Of a stretch of DNA of 64,000 nt, positions 47,745 through 58,119 are shown in pieces. Under the pieces are notes generated by a model. It saw only the letters and a program-made list of their open reading frames with translations. It did not search any database and was not told the origin of the DNA. The stretch lies in NCBI GenBank assembly GCA_964617815.1, contig CAZTXY010000001.1:67120-131119 (forward strand). Reading direction: 5' to 3'. Position 1 is the first letter of the stretch. Each line of letters starts with the position of its first letter. Both the position numbers and the translations under genes were made by a program. Source of the stretch: an uncultured Candidatus Saccharibacteria bacterium (GTDB lineage Bacteria > Patescibacteriota > Doudnabacteria > UBA920).

Positions 47745-48707
47745 CTAATTTACTTGAGTAGCACGCAAGACATCAATAACTGCTTCAAAATCTGTTTTAG
47801 ACATCCCGCCTAAATTTGCTGTAGTATTTGGGTCTGAATGCATCAATGCTTGCTGGCCTGCTTTCATATACTCTTCATACAAAGGACTTTTTTCTAACAA
47901 AAATAAAACTGAAAAATATCCAAACTTTTTAACTAAGGACCTCATGGCTTCAAGTAAATCATCTTTCCCAAGTGACATCACTGTCGACCGATTTAAGTGC
48001 TCTACATCTTCTAAGGATTTAAGCTCGAGCGGAACTTCACTTGAAAAATTAGTTTTCGCCACTTCCATTTTCTGGGGCAACTCACTTAAAGAGCTATGCT
48101 TAAGCAAAGCGCTATAGTCAGTCTGCTTAGTGACAACTTTTTGCAAATGAACAGGGGTTATTGGCTTCAACCCTGCTTTCACCAAAGGTAGGCCTGCGGT
48201 AGGGTTAGGACGAGCATTTATTGATGCCAAAGGCGCTGTCGCAATACTAGGTCTTGCAGGAGAGTTAAGTTGATGATCAAAATCTTCTTGACCACTTTCC
48301 AATTCTTTTTCTGTCATGACCTGTGCCAAACTTTTTGCAAAAGCCCCTGTAGTTTGACCCTTGTCTTCGTGCCTAAATGTTTTCACCTGAGAACTTAAAG
48401 TTTGCTGAGGAGCACCCAAATTATTTGGTAAATTAGTTATATGATGAAGGCGGTTTGCAGTTAGAGGAGCAGAAGCCACTGGCTTAAGAGATGCTGAAAT
48501 TGGCCCAGGTTTTGGGCGCTGTTGTGTTTCTGGTAATTTTGCAATGACCACGCTAGAAGACGGCGCAGATAAAATAGTGACTAAGTCACTTAGCTGTTTG
48601 TCATTCATCACCGGCAAACTCTCAAGCCATGTTGTTTTTTCATCGGGCTGGAGTAATTTTGAAAAGGCAATAAGATTTTTAATTTTTTCTAGCGGTATAG
48701 AAGTCAT
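47745..48707 (-). CDS. hypothetical protein in the T4SS-like cluster (P/S/T-rich)
   Basis: 320 aa with no recognised domain. Confidence 0.4.
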   Translation of the reverse strand: MTSIPLEKIKNLIAFSKLLQPDEKTTWLESLPVMNDKQLSDLVTILSAPSSSVVIAKLPETQQRPKPGPISASLKPVASAPLTANRLHHITNLPNNLGAPQQTLSSQVKTFRHEDKGQTTGAFAKSLAQVMTEKELESGQEDFDHQLNSPARPSIATAPLASINARPNPTAGLPLVKAGLKPITPVHLQKVVTKQTDYSALLKHSSLSELPQKMEVAKTNFSSEVPLELKSLEDVEHLNRSTVMSLGKDDLLEAMRSLVKKFGYFSVLFLLEKSPLYEEYMKAGQQALMHSDPNTTANLGGMSKTDFEAVIDVLRATQVN

Positions 48708-48715
48708 TGTTTGCC

Positions 48716-50095
48716 TTATAAATCTTGAGACTCTTTACGTTTTTTTAAATCCTGTAACCGTTGCTCAATTTGCGAAGCTTCTAGCGCTCGCTTTTCTTGG
48801 CTTTGTTTTTTCATCTTTTCTATATCTACACTCCCTGCTCCACCACCAAGACCAACACCAGAAGATGGCACAACATTTCCAGCTAAGTCAATTGATTGCC
48901 TAGTAGTTCGATTATTAAGCAGGTCTTGCAAATTTACAGTTGGACCAAAAGGATTAGCCCGAGAAACTCCACTCATTGGCTCTGACTCTGTCTCTGGACT
49001 TATTTCTGCAACTGAAGCTTCAGCTTTTTGTTCATCTTGTTTTACTTCCGAAGCTGTATCTAAGTTTATAGAAGACAGTGGCTGAATATTTTGTAATAAC
49101 TCTGGGGGAAGACGAACTGGTTTTGGCGGTGTGGGAACTTGTTCCAAAATTGAGGCAGCTTTAGCATTTATTTTGGCTTTTGGTGGTTCTGGCGGAGTTG
49201 GTAATTCCACTGGACTAAACTCGGAGTCTGTCAAAGAAAAATCTTTGGCTTTTGAAGCGAGAAGCACATCTCTTGTGTCTTCGTACTTTTCAATTTCATC
49301 AGGATCAACTTCCGGCTTAAGTAGCCACTTATAAAATTTTATCAACTCAGTTAATAACTTTTTATCCTGTGGTGATAAACTCGCAACATTACTAGACTTT
49401 GTCATGTAGGCCGCTTCATCAAATACAGATGTAGCAGAGAGTGGTTTAGCAATAAAATCACCGTAATCTAAAATCCAATTTTTAATTACTGGTTGATACT
49501 GCTTACCGGAAATAACTAACGCTTGCGTTCCTAATTGTTCTTCATTTTGTTTAAGACTAGAGACAAGCGGTAGACCCCAATTTTCTTTATTCTCACCATA
49601 CTGATAATAATAAACCCGCTTAAATTCCATGCGCACATCGCCTGCATGCATTAAGTAGAGTAGGTTGTACCGAATTAAACCAGAGAGCTCCTCCAGTGGA
49701 AATTCTTTAAACAGCTTGACTTCAAACTCAAGCATGGCCTGCAGTAAAGAAAGATCTGCGCGAATTTTGCCCTTGTTTACAAGCGTCTTTACATCAACAA
49801 CCATTGGTACCAAATACTTCCCAAAGTCATAATTTGGATCATCAAGTCCTGACACTAACAACTCCGTTAAAAATTCTGGTTCATTGCCAATTGCCAATTC
49901 CGGTAACTCTACGGAGTCTTTCATAACTTGGAAGATATAGCGGTGCATTCGAGGAAGATCTACCTTATGAAGCCACATATACAAAAACTTTTTTGTATAT
50001 GTTCCCATAGAAAGAACATGCGAAACTAACCACTGTTTTTCAGTGTCACTAAAGCCTGATGCTGCTATAGCAGTTGTTAGTTCTTTATCATCCAT
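48716..50095 (-). CDS. hypothetical protein in the T4SS-like cluster
   Basis: 459 aa with a structured N-terminal half and a disordered Pro-rich C-terminus. Confidence 0.4.
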   Translation of the reverse strand: MDDKELTTAIAASGFSDTEKQWLVSHVLSMGTYTKKFLYMWLHKVDLPRMHRYIFQVMKDSVELPELAIGNEPEFLTELLVSGLDDPNYDFGKYLVPMVVDVKTLVNKGKIRADLSLLQAMLEFEVKLFKEFPLEELSGLIRYNLLYLMHAGDVRMEFKRVYYYQYGENKENWGLPLVSSLKQNEEQLGTQALVISGKQYQPVIKNWILDYGDFIAKPLSATSVFDEAAYMTKSSNVASLSPQDKKLLTELIKFYKWLLKPEVDPDEIEKYEDTRDVLLASKAKDFSLTDSEFSPVELPTPPEPPKAKINAKAASILEQVPTPPKPVRLPPELLQNIQPLSSINLDTASEVKQDEQKAEASVAEISPETESEPMSGVSRANPFGPTVNLQDLLNNRTTRQSIDLAGNVVPSSGVGLGGGAGSVDIEKMKKQSQEKRALEASQIEQRLQDLKKRKESQDL

Positions 50096-50098
50096 AGA

Positions 50099-53000
50099 CT
50101 ATAATCCTGCGATTACTTGATTAACCATATTATCTATCGTAGTTGTATTTATTGGGGCGCCAGAAATTGTGCGAGTCGCAAATTTCCCACCAAGCAAAGT
50201 TTCCAAATCACTTTTTAAGAGAGCTCTCTTTGCTGGATCCTTCAAATCCTCACCGGCGTGAGTCGAACGAACTGTATTAACACTTTTAATAATATCTTCT
50301 GTTAAATCTTCCTCTTCGGCTTTACTAATTGTTGGAATGCCTGCATCCCTAGTGTTTAACCGATCTGCAAAACTATTATGCACAAATGTCTTTGCAGAAT
50401 CGAGCATTGCATCTCGAGCTTTAGTATCTGCAACCCCACTAAATGCATCCGCTAACTCTGTATCATTAAAATGACTAATTTTACTCAAAACTCTATTAGC
50501 TTTATTCTGAACTTTGCCACGAACCTTACCCTCTAACCCATCATAGGCTATTCCAAATTGTTCATATTTATCATCCTTAGCTAACACACTTGCCACTGGA
50601 TCTTTAAGTTTTTCTGGAATTTTTGAATAACTATTACCACTGAAGTTTACCTTTGCATAACTCCCTGCAAAAGCTCTAAAATTCCTTTCAGCCTCATCCT
50701 TAACATCAGCTTCGGTAAAGTTTTTCCCTTTCTTTCTATACTCCTTAACCAATTTCTTTTGCATGCGATTGATAAATTCATTTCTCTTAGTTTCATCGCG
50801 TAATGCATCTCCAATTGCTTCCTGCTGATCTGCTCTAATATGAGTATTTTCCATTTCAGCTTTTCGTGCATCAGCAGTCAAGGCTAATTCAACAAGTCTG
50901 TCATTTGCCTCTACATCACCACTAGCCGTAGTAGCAACAAATGTAGATGCTGGGGTGTCTTCAGCAAGGGCCTTTGGAGACATTTTAGCTACAGCTTTAG
51001 CCTGATTTTTACTCATAAGAAATGCCGCTTCACCATTACGCCACTGTTCACGTTCTTCGGGAGTTTTAAGTTTTTTATACTCTTCAGCAAACTTTTCTTT
51101 GCGAATAGACTCAAGTTTTGCCTCAGAAACATTTGGGTCTCTTAGTCTCTCTGCATCTGCCTCTGCGTCAGCCGCTGTTTTTGCAGAATCAAACAAAGAT
51201 GCTCCACCAGCCGGTCCAACATTATCGCCAATATGTGCCAACCTTTTACTCTCATCATAACGAAATGCTCCTCTGATCCATTGCTCACCACTCTTACCAC
51301 CAATTTCATCAAGTTTTTTACCCAACACACCTGTTGAATAAGAATCCAACTGACCGTTATTAACCATGCCTTGCATAAACCCTCTCATGCCCTCGTCCGT
51401 AGCTGCAAATTTGAGTGCTTGAGCTAATTCTTTCATTCCACCTTGCTCAGCAATTACTTTAATAGTAGCCTGAAGTTTTGTGCGATCTTCCTGGTTTAAA
51501 TTCTTTTTCTCAGAAAGTTCTTTAACCCTTGCAATGTTTCGAGCAACATCCTCCTTTGTCGCCTCTTCTTGTTGTTTATCTACAGACTGTTGCATAAGCT
51601 CAGCGAGTTTGTATGTTTCATCACCTCGAGTAAATGGAAGTCGTGAAGCAACGTCTGTAGCCGCAGCACGAATTTTTTCTTGATCTTGTTTTTTTGCATT
51701 TGTCCAATTATCAAGAACTGCTTTTCCCGATGAAATTGGGTTAAACAAAGCTGAAATAGTGCGTCGTTTTCGTGAATCTGGGTCTACTGCTAAATACTCA
51801 GCGGTCTTTTTGCCTTTGTAGGTATTTGCTATTTCTCCACCCTTCTTAGCTACCCAAAGTGGACTTTTAAATCCTTTTTCTGCAAAGTCACCAATGGCTT
51901 TAGACCCAATCAAAGACAACGAGGAAGTGGCCTTCATTCCAATAATCAAAAATATCATCACAAGCAAGTTTGAGCCAATGGTAAATACAAAATCTGAAAT
52001 ATTTTGATACTGCGTCGCAAACCCAGGATTGCTTCCACCACTAACTAAATCTGCCATGATTGATTTGCTTAAACTAATATCAACTTCTGTACTCCCATTC
52101 GATGAAATAAACGCGGCGATGTTTAAAAAGAAAGCTAAAATAACCGCATAAAAAGCATACTTAAGAAACTTATCCCACCACATTTTTTGAAAACTTTTTG
52201 TGTTTGGCAAAACTCCTGCCACATAAGCCAAAGGTGACAGCATGAGTAAAATCCACAGCGCAATAATCCTAATAAACAACATTGCTGCTACGGCAACAAA
52301 CAACACGCCTGTTCCCAAAGCCATCGCCAAACTAACAAATGGTAAAAATAAATTTCCAACACCTTGTCCTGCTGTACCTGGTGTTATAATATTTTTATAA
52401 GACTTACTTAAATTATTTAATGACGGACCAGCAATAAGCACATAGGCCAGTCGGCGCACTGGCGTATATTCAAATGTCCCATCAGTTTTTGGGGGTGGGA
52501 GGAGCTGAGTCTGAACTGTATCGGCAAGACCCAAAATAGACTGCCCAATAACCAAACTAAAGTTAACTAGGACAGCTGCAATTATTAAGTTAACCAATAA
52601 CTGCTTATACTGGTATCCTTGCACACGAAAAATTGTGGCTAGTCCAATAACTAACAAAACAAGGATGAAGAAAATGTTACTAAGATTTCGCAGGACAATC
52701 CAGCCGGGCAAAATCACCGCAACAAAAGAGTCTTTGTAAGTTTGAATTCCAATTAATGCTTCTATCAGTGGAACGACTAAACTTAGTACCACAAAGGCTA
52801 CAAGACTAGATACAACCGCAATAACTGTACTAAAAATAGCTGTTAAAGTATCCAGTAAAGTATTAGCAATCACGCTCCCAAGACTTGGTCCTCCACTGGC
52901 AGGCGGAACAACTGGTGGAGTACCAACATCTTCTAAGGGTGTCGTTACAGGGTGATCATTACTTGTCTGGTCAATCTTTATTGTTACATTTTCACCAATT

Positions 53001-54118
53001 TTATGAGCCGTGCCTCCTTGCGGTGTAACAGTAGCGGAAAGAACCATTTCAGCTGGCGGAGAAGTGCTTCCAAGGGCTTGTTGAGTTGTAACTGTATTCC
53101 CAGCACGATATGCATAGGCCGGCTTACCGTCAACTTGAATGAGAACTGCTTTATTGACTGAGTAAGAGATTGTAATGCCAGGAGTAAAGGTAAGCGCAAA
53201 AACAACATTATCTAAATTTTGACATTCAGTTGATGCATCACCTGGTAGTATCACTTCTGCCCTAATTATAAATTGTTCAGTAAGCCCTACCACAGCTTTA
53301 TTTGTTTGAACCTGAGAACTTGCAATATTTGCAAAACAGTCTGTGCCCGTAGCACCACCCTTAGGCAAAATAAAAACATTATACGCTTTTGTGACTGTTT
53401 GATTTGTAGAATCTTTTAACGTTACTGTGAAATCTACTTTCTTATTTACATCACCTTCTGGTGGAATTCCACCAACTTTACCAGTGCTATCAATTCCAAG
53501 CCAAAAAGGTAAGGCGGGTTCTAAAGTCCAAGTATAAGGTGTCGTTCCTCCAGCTCCTGATAGCTGAGTACTATATTCCTTACCTACCTCGGCCTCAGGC
53601 AAGCGCTCTGCATCAGGTTGAATTGCTAAACCTTCTGCTACTGAAACAATAACTGTTTCTGGCAAGACTCTCGTAAAACCAAACTCTTTTACTGTCACTT
53701 TTAAGGTATAAGCGCCTATGGCATTAATTGACATATTTGCCTCACCACTAAATCCTTGCGGACTTGTATTCCTGTATACAGAGCCAGAAGTCGCCTCTGC
53801 AATGTTTGTAGGCTGATTAGTACCTTGTTCTAAAAATTTATAACTAAAACTAATATTAGATGCGGCATTTGCTGTACAGCCTGGTGGTGATACGTTTGGT
53901 TCCACAAATACGTCGGCCTTAAAAGATTGGCCTTTACTTACTTTTACTGGCCCCTTAGAACCATTAATAAAAATATTGCTTGTTTTAAATGGAGGCGTTG
54001 TAACTGAACACAATGCTAAAGCCAATTTGGGTGGAACAAGAAAAGTGCCTAATCCAATAAGCAAAAAGGCTAGAAAGGAAAGGGCTGATTTTGTTTTAAA
54101 TTTTTGTTTCAAAAGCAC
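50099..54118 (-). CDS. giant VirB6-like polytopic membrane protein (1339 aa)
   Basis: Signal peptide, N-terminal Ig-like beta-rich domains, a central block of 6 or more TM helices, and a long charged coiled-coil C-terminus. Confidence 0.55.
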   Translation of the reverse strand: MLLKQKFKTKSALSFLAFLLIGLGTFLVPPKLALALCSVTTPPFKTSNIFINGSKGPVKVSKGQSFKADVFVEPNVSPPGCTANAASNISFSYKFLEQGTNQPTNIAEATSGSVYRNTSPQGFSGEANMSINAIGAYTLKVTVKEFGFTRVLPETVIVSVAEGLAIQPDAERLPEAEVGKEYSTQLSGAGGTTPYTWTLEPALPFWLGIDSTGKVGGIPPEGDVNKKVDFTVTLKDSTNQTVTKAYNVFILPKGGATGTDCFANIASSQVQTNKAVVGLTEQFIIRAEVILPGDASTECQNLDNVVFALTFTPGITISYSVNKAVLIQVDGKPAYAYRAGNTVTTQQALGSTSPPAEMVLSATVTPQGGTAHKIGENVTIKIDQTSNDHPVTTPLEDVGTPPVVPPASGGPSLGSVIANTLLDTLTAIFSTVIAVVSSLVAFVVLSLVVPLIEALIGIQTYKDSFVAVILPGWIVLRNLSNIFFILVLLVIGLATIFRVQGYQYKQLLVNLIIAAVLVNFSLVIGQSILGLADTVQTQLLPPPKTDGTFEYTPVRRLAYVLIAGPSLNNLSKSYKNIITPGTAGQGVGNLFLPFVSLAMALGTGVLFVAVAAMLFIRIIALWILLMLSPLAYVAGVLPNTKSFQKMWWDKFLKYAFYAVILAFFLNIAAFISSNGSTEVDISLSKSIMADLVSGGSNPGFATQYQNISDFVFTIGSNLLVMIFLIIGMKATSSLSLIGSKAIGDFAEKGFKSPLWVAKKGGEIANTYKGKKTAEYLAVDPDSRKRRTISALFNPISSGKAVLDNWTNAKKQDQEKIRAAATDVASRLPFTRGDETYKLAELMQQSVDKQQEEATKEDVARNIARVKELSEKKNLNQEDRTKLQATIKVIAEQGGMKELAQALKFAATDEGMRGFMQGMVNNGQLDSYSTGVLGKKLDEIGGKSGEQWIRGAFRYDESKRLAHIGDNVGPAGGASLFDSAKTAADAEADAERLRDPNVSEAKLESIRKEKFAEEYKKLKTPEEREQWRNGEAAFLMSKNQAKAVAKMSPKALAEDTPASTFVATTASGDVEANDRLVELALTADARKAEMENTHIRADQQEAIGDALRDETKRNEFINRMQKKLVKEYRKKGKNFTEADVKDEAERNFRAFAGSYAKVNFSGNSYSKIPEKLKDPVASVLAKDDKYEQFGIAYDGLEGKVRGKVQNKANRVLSKISHFNDTELADAFSGVADTKARDAMLDSAKTFVHNSFADRLNTRDAGIPTISKAEEEDLTEDIIKSVNTVRSTHAGEDLKDPAKRALLKSDLETLLGGKFATRTISGAPINTTTIDNMVNQVIAGL

Positions 54119-54259
54119 AGAATTTATAGCTAAAAAGTCTTAAAATTAGACCAAAAGTTAGCTTTATTATATCACAACAACTCCATTTTTTCCAAATTTT
54201 AACAAAAAAGCACCGAGAAGTCTCTCGCGTGCCAAAAAACTCAAATATTGCAAAGCACT

Positions 54260-54550
54260 TTAGCCTCGTGGGCGAATAAATTGCGTTTTAATTTTTGGAA
54301 CAATCTCAGTTTGTTGAGACTCCGGAATTTTGTTTTCAATAACTGGTTTGGAAATAGGTTTAGTAACTGCAGGTTGAATTGTCGTAGTATTTGACGAAGC
54401 CGACGCCCCCACACCCTGCAATTTTGCTTTACCACCTGGTAAGCTAAAACCATTTTGCACCATTACAAACAAAACCAAAATAGCCGCACTCCCCCCAATT
54501 GCTAAAAGATGGGTAAGCCCAAAACCAAATTTTGTGTTACTACTCATCAT
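54260..54550 (-). CDS. small membrane protein (candidate pilin-like subunit)
   Basis: 96 aa with one hydrophobic helix (KFGFGLTHLLAIGGSAAILVLFVMV). It is the first gene of the cluster on the minus strand. Confidence 0.35.
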   Translation of the reverse strand: MMSSNTKFGFGLTHLLAIGGSAAILVLFVMVQNGFSLPGGKAKLQGVGASASSNTTTIQPAVTKPISKPVIENKIPESQQTEIVPKIKTQFIRPRG

Positions 54551-54587
54551 ATTTTATTGTTTTTTTGTTTCGGAAAACTTTACTTTC

Positions 54588-55454
54588 CTATAGTATAGCA
54601 TATTTATCGTCTTTCTGCAAGCTTTTACTCGCAACAAGGTTTTTATATAACGCTATCCACTGCTCCAGCGACAATTCTTGCGGACGCGCCTGGGGCTTAA
54701 CTTCAATTGTGTCTAGTAATTTTAAAACAACATCTTTTTCAAGTCCATAATTATTCGTTAAAGTATTATGAATTTGTTTTCTTTTTCCAGCAAAACAACT
54801 GCGCACAAGTCTAAAAAACTTTTTACTGTCCAAATCTTTAATTTTACTCTCCCCTTGCAAATGAATTTGCAAAATACTACTGGTAACTTTCGGTACCGGA
54901 AAAAAATCTCGCGCAGGAACAGTTTGCAAGATTTTAGCACTGCCATACAACTGAATAGACAAACTTAATAAATTGTTTCTCCCCGCTAATGCTACAGCAT
55001 TTTGAGCAACTTCTTTTTGAATCAGTATTGTTATCGTAATAGGCTTATGCTTTGCTAAAAGCAAAAGTTGGATAATTTTTCCTGTAATATAGTAAGGAAT
55101 ATTAGCCACCACATGATAGCGCGGGTAATCGGCCAAGGCATCCTCAAAATTAAAACGGAGTGCATCTGCAATTTCATATTGAAAATTTTTGTGCGCTTTT
55201 TTTAGGCCTTTTAAAATTGACAAAAAACGTTTATCTTTTTCAATAGCCAAAACAAATGCCGACGTATCCAGTAACCTACTCGTCAAATTTCCAATCCCGG
55301 GACCAATCTCCAAAACTGCATCCCCTGACTGCCTTGGCACGCTGTCAACCATATCTTGTAGTACAAAATCGTTAAGCAAAAAATTCTGCCCAAAAGTTTC
55401 ATTTGGTTTAAGCTGATAGCGTTTTAATAGGTCTTTTAATTGCTCAATGGTCAT
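54588..55454 (-). CDS. rsmA: 16S rRNA (adenine1518-N6/adenine1519-N6)-dimethyltransferase
   Basis: SAM-binding motif LEIGPGIGNLT. KsgA family. Confidence 0.9.
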   Translation of the reverse strand: MTIEQLKDLLKRYQLKPNETFGQNFLLNDFVLQDMVDSVPRQSGDAVLEIGPGIGNLTSRLLDTSAFVLAIEKDKRFLSILKGLKKAHKNFQYEIADALRFNFEDALADYPRYHVVANIPYYITGKIIQLLLLAKHKPITITILIQKEVAQNAVALAGRNNLLSLSIQLYGSAKILQTVPARDFFPVPKVTSSILQIHLQGESKIKDLDSKKFFRLVRSCFAGKRKQIHNTLTNNYGLEKDVVLKLLDTIEVKPQARPQELSLEQWIALYKNLVASKSLQKDDKYAIL

Positions 55455-55490
55455 AGGTATTTGTTATGCATTACTATAACTGTCTACTTA

Positions 55491-55579
55491 CTGTCATCCT
55501 GAATGAAATGAAGGATCTCAAAATGTAGATTGAGATTCCTCGACAAGCCTGCCTGCCGGTAGGCAGGCTCGGAATGACA
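55491..55579. repeat. MITE-like palindromic element (copy 4)
   Basis: ctgtcatcctgaatgaaatgaaggatctca ... gagattcctcgacaagcctgcctgccggtaggcaggctcggaatgaca. Confidence 0.75.
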
Positions 55580-55606
55580 ATGCGGATGGAAGACATCACA
55601 AAATAA

Positions 55607-57778
55607 TTAAAACGGCATAGCTTCATAGCTAAGTTGCCCGTCACCGCCACGCAAATGATTCGTATTATTACTTTGAACATGCTCTAGCGGGAGAACTGCT
55701 AAAATACGCGACGGACTATTTGTTTGAACTGTCCCGTAGAGCTGTCTTGTCTGCGCATAAACTAAGTATAACTGTTTTCTTGCTCTAGTCACACCAACAT
55801 ATGCCAACCTCACTTCTTCTGCCAATTGAGTTGGGTCAAGGAGGCTTCGACTATGTGGCAAGACTCCTTCCTCAAGCCCTACAAAAAATACCGTATCAAA
55901 CTCCAAACCTTTTGCGCTGTGAAGAGTCATTAGCGTTACCGCATCTTTTGAATGCTCTAAGCTGTCTATATCCGTAACCAAAGCAACTTCTTCCAAAAAC
56001 GAAGGTAAACTCTCTTTCCAACTTTGCCCAGAAAATTTTGTTGCGACTGTAAACAATTCTCTAACATTATCAACTCGAGTTGCTCCTGACTCAGTCCCGT
56101 CATCTAGCCAAACTTCCATGCCAGTTTTTTTGAAAATTAACTCCATTAAATCCAATAATTCAAACTCCAAAGCCAATTGACCAAAACTTTCAATGAGTTG
56201 AAAAAACTGCTTTGTTCCTTGATGTTGCTTTGCCGGCAAACTAATTTTTTCTAAAGCGACTCTGAATAAAGGCAAGGTAATAGTTTCCTCGGCTTTTTCT
56301 TGGATGGGGCTGGAAGCAAAATCTAAAATGAATTTTTTAATAACTTGGTAAGACTTGTCACCAATGCCACGAGCTGGCTCGTTTATGACGCGCTTTAAAC
56401 TTACTAAATCACGAAAGTTCATAACAAGACGTAAATACGCCAACATGTCTTTAATTTCTTTGCGTTCATAAAACTTTAGCCCACCGATAATCTGGTATGG
56501 AATTCCCGAGGAAACCAAAGCTTCTTCAATGCTACGAGATTGCGCATGGGTACGATAGAGCACCGCAAACTGATCAAGTGGCTTGTGGTCCAGCGGTAAT
56601 TGAAGACTAGATATTGCCCCAAGGTCACTGCTAGCTCCAAGCTTGCGTTGCTTTTGCAAAAATCGGTCTAAAATAGAAACGGGTTGGTCTCCACTTTCAT
56701 CTTCCATGGGTTCGTACTCAATTTCTGGAGCATCTGTAACACTTCTAATAATAGTTCTGGCTACAAAAAAACTTTCAGCACGTTCATCTTGCACTTGTCG
56801 CAAACTAACTTTTGGGCCATCGTCATTTTCTGTCCACAGTTTTTTTGGTTTTTGCTCACTGTTAAGTGCTATGACTCGATCAGCCACTGCTAATATATTT
56901 TTAGACGACCGGTAATTCTGCTCTAACTTAATCACCAAACTTTTGGGATAGTCTTTTTCAAAATTTAAAATATTAGCAATCGTGCTACCACGAAAACCAT
57001 AAATACTCTGGGCGTCATCTCCCACCACAAAAATATTATCGCTACTAATTAAAAGCTGAAGCAAAGCGTACTGCGCTGGATTAGTATCTTGATACTCATC
57101 AACTAAAATATATTGAAACAGTTGTTGGTATTTCTGTTTCATATCTGGTCTTGCCGATAAAAGTTTAATTACCAACATTAAAAGATCATCAAAGTCTACG
57201 GCATTTTGGGAATATAAATAGTTTTGATATCTACTATAAACGCTTTGCACTAATTCGTGCAAAGAATTGTCCAAACCAATATTAAACTCTGTGGGGGTTT
57301 GTACATTATTCTTAGCCATACCAATATATGCGCGAAATAAACTAGGAGGGAAACGTTTGCCAATTTCTAACTCATCACATATTTCACGCAAAATCTTAAG
57401 TTGATCATCACTATCAAAAATTACAAAATCTGAGGAGTAACCCAATGCGCCAATTTCTTTACGCAAAATTTTGGCGCAAACAGAATGAAACGTTCCCAAA
57501 GTCGGCAGGACAACAGTTACTTTATCCTTCCTACTTTCTGCATTTAACTCCGGATTCACCAACTGATAAACACGATTTTTCATTTCCTTTGCCGCTTTAT
57601 TCGTAAATGTTAACGCTAAAATATGTTCAGCAGAAATTAAACCTTGCTCTATCAGATAGGCAATTCGGTAGGTCAATACTCGTGTTTTACCAGAGCCAGC
57701 ACCAGCTAAAACAAGCACCGGACCCAAAGGCGCGGTGACGGCTTGCTTTTGCATATCATTGAGAACTTTTAGATCCAT
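55607..57778 (-). CDS. pcrA: ATP-dependent DNA helicase UvrD/PcrA family
   Basis: GAGSGKTR, the DEYQDTN Walker B motif, and UvrD C-terminal motifs. Confidence 0.9.
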   Translation of the reverse strand: MDLKVLNDMQKQAVTAPLGPVLVLAGAGSGKTRVLTYRIAYLIEQGLISAEHILALTFTNKAAKEMKNRVYQLVNPELNAESRKDKVTVVLPTLGTFHSVCAKILRKEIGALGYSSDFVIFDSDDQLKILREICDELEIGKRFPPSLFRAYIGMAKNNVQTPTEFNIGLDNSLHELVQSVYSRYQNYLYSQNAVDFDDLLMLVIKLLSARPDMKQKYQQLFQYILVDEYQDTNPAQYALLQLLISSDNIFVVGDDAQSIYGFRGSTIANILNFEKDYPKSLVIKLEQNYRSSKNILAVADRVIALNSEQKPKKLWTENDDGPKVSLRQVQDERAESFFVARTIIRSVTDAPEIEYEPMEDESGDQPVSILDRFLQKQRKLGASSDLGAISSLQLPLDHKPLDQFAVLYRTHAQSRSIEEALVSSGIPYQIIGGLKFYERKEIKDMLAYLRLVMNFRDLVSLKRVINEPARGIGDKSYQVIKKFILDFASSPIQEKAEETITLPLFRVALEKISLPAKQHQGTKQFFQLIESFGQLALEFELLDLMELIFKKTGMEVWLDDGTESGATRVDNVRELFTVATKFSGQSWKESLPSFLEEVALVTDIDSLEHSKDAVTLMTLHSAKGLEFDTVFFVGLEEGVLPHSRSLLDPTQLAEEVRLAYVGVTRARKQLYLVYAQTRQLYGTVQTNSPSRILAVLPLEHVQSNNTNHLRGGDGQLSYEAMPF

Positions 57779-58119
57779 AGTTATTGTAGTATAGCAAACT
57801 TATACCAAGACCTTTACTTTAGGTAGGAAATCTTAATTATGCTGATTTTGCTTAAATATAAGCCAAAAGTTATTTTAAATGCCTAAAATATGGGGGCAAT
57901 GGGCAGGTGTAACCCAAAACTCTTGATAGACAAAATAGGCTTTGCTAAACTACTTAAGTAGTAACCACAACCAGTCGCAAAACTCAAGCTTTTTTTGTTA
58001 ATTGGAGGTAAAAGCTAACAGAAATGCGACTTGGTATCTAACACTTTATAGCGCCATTTAGGCGTCAGTAAAAATGCAAATTTTTACTAAAAGATAATAT
58101 AGACTAGAAGTCTATAAAA

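Noticed and set aside
55189-55680. Short ORFs (75 aa +, 68 aa -) around the ksgA/pcrA spacer
   Set aside because: One is antisense within ksgA. The other spans the MITE-like element at 55491-55579. They are not genes.
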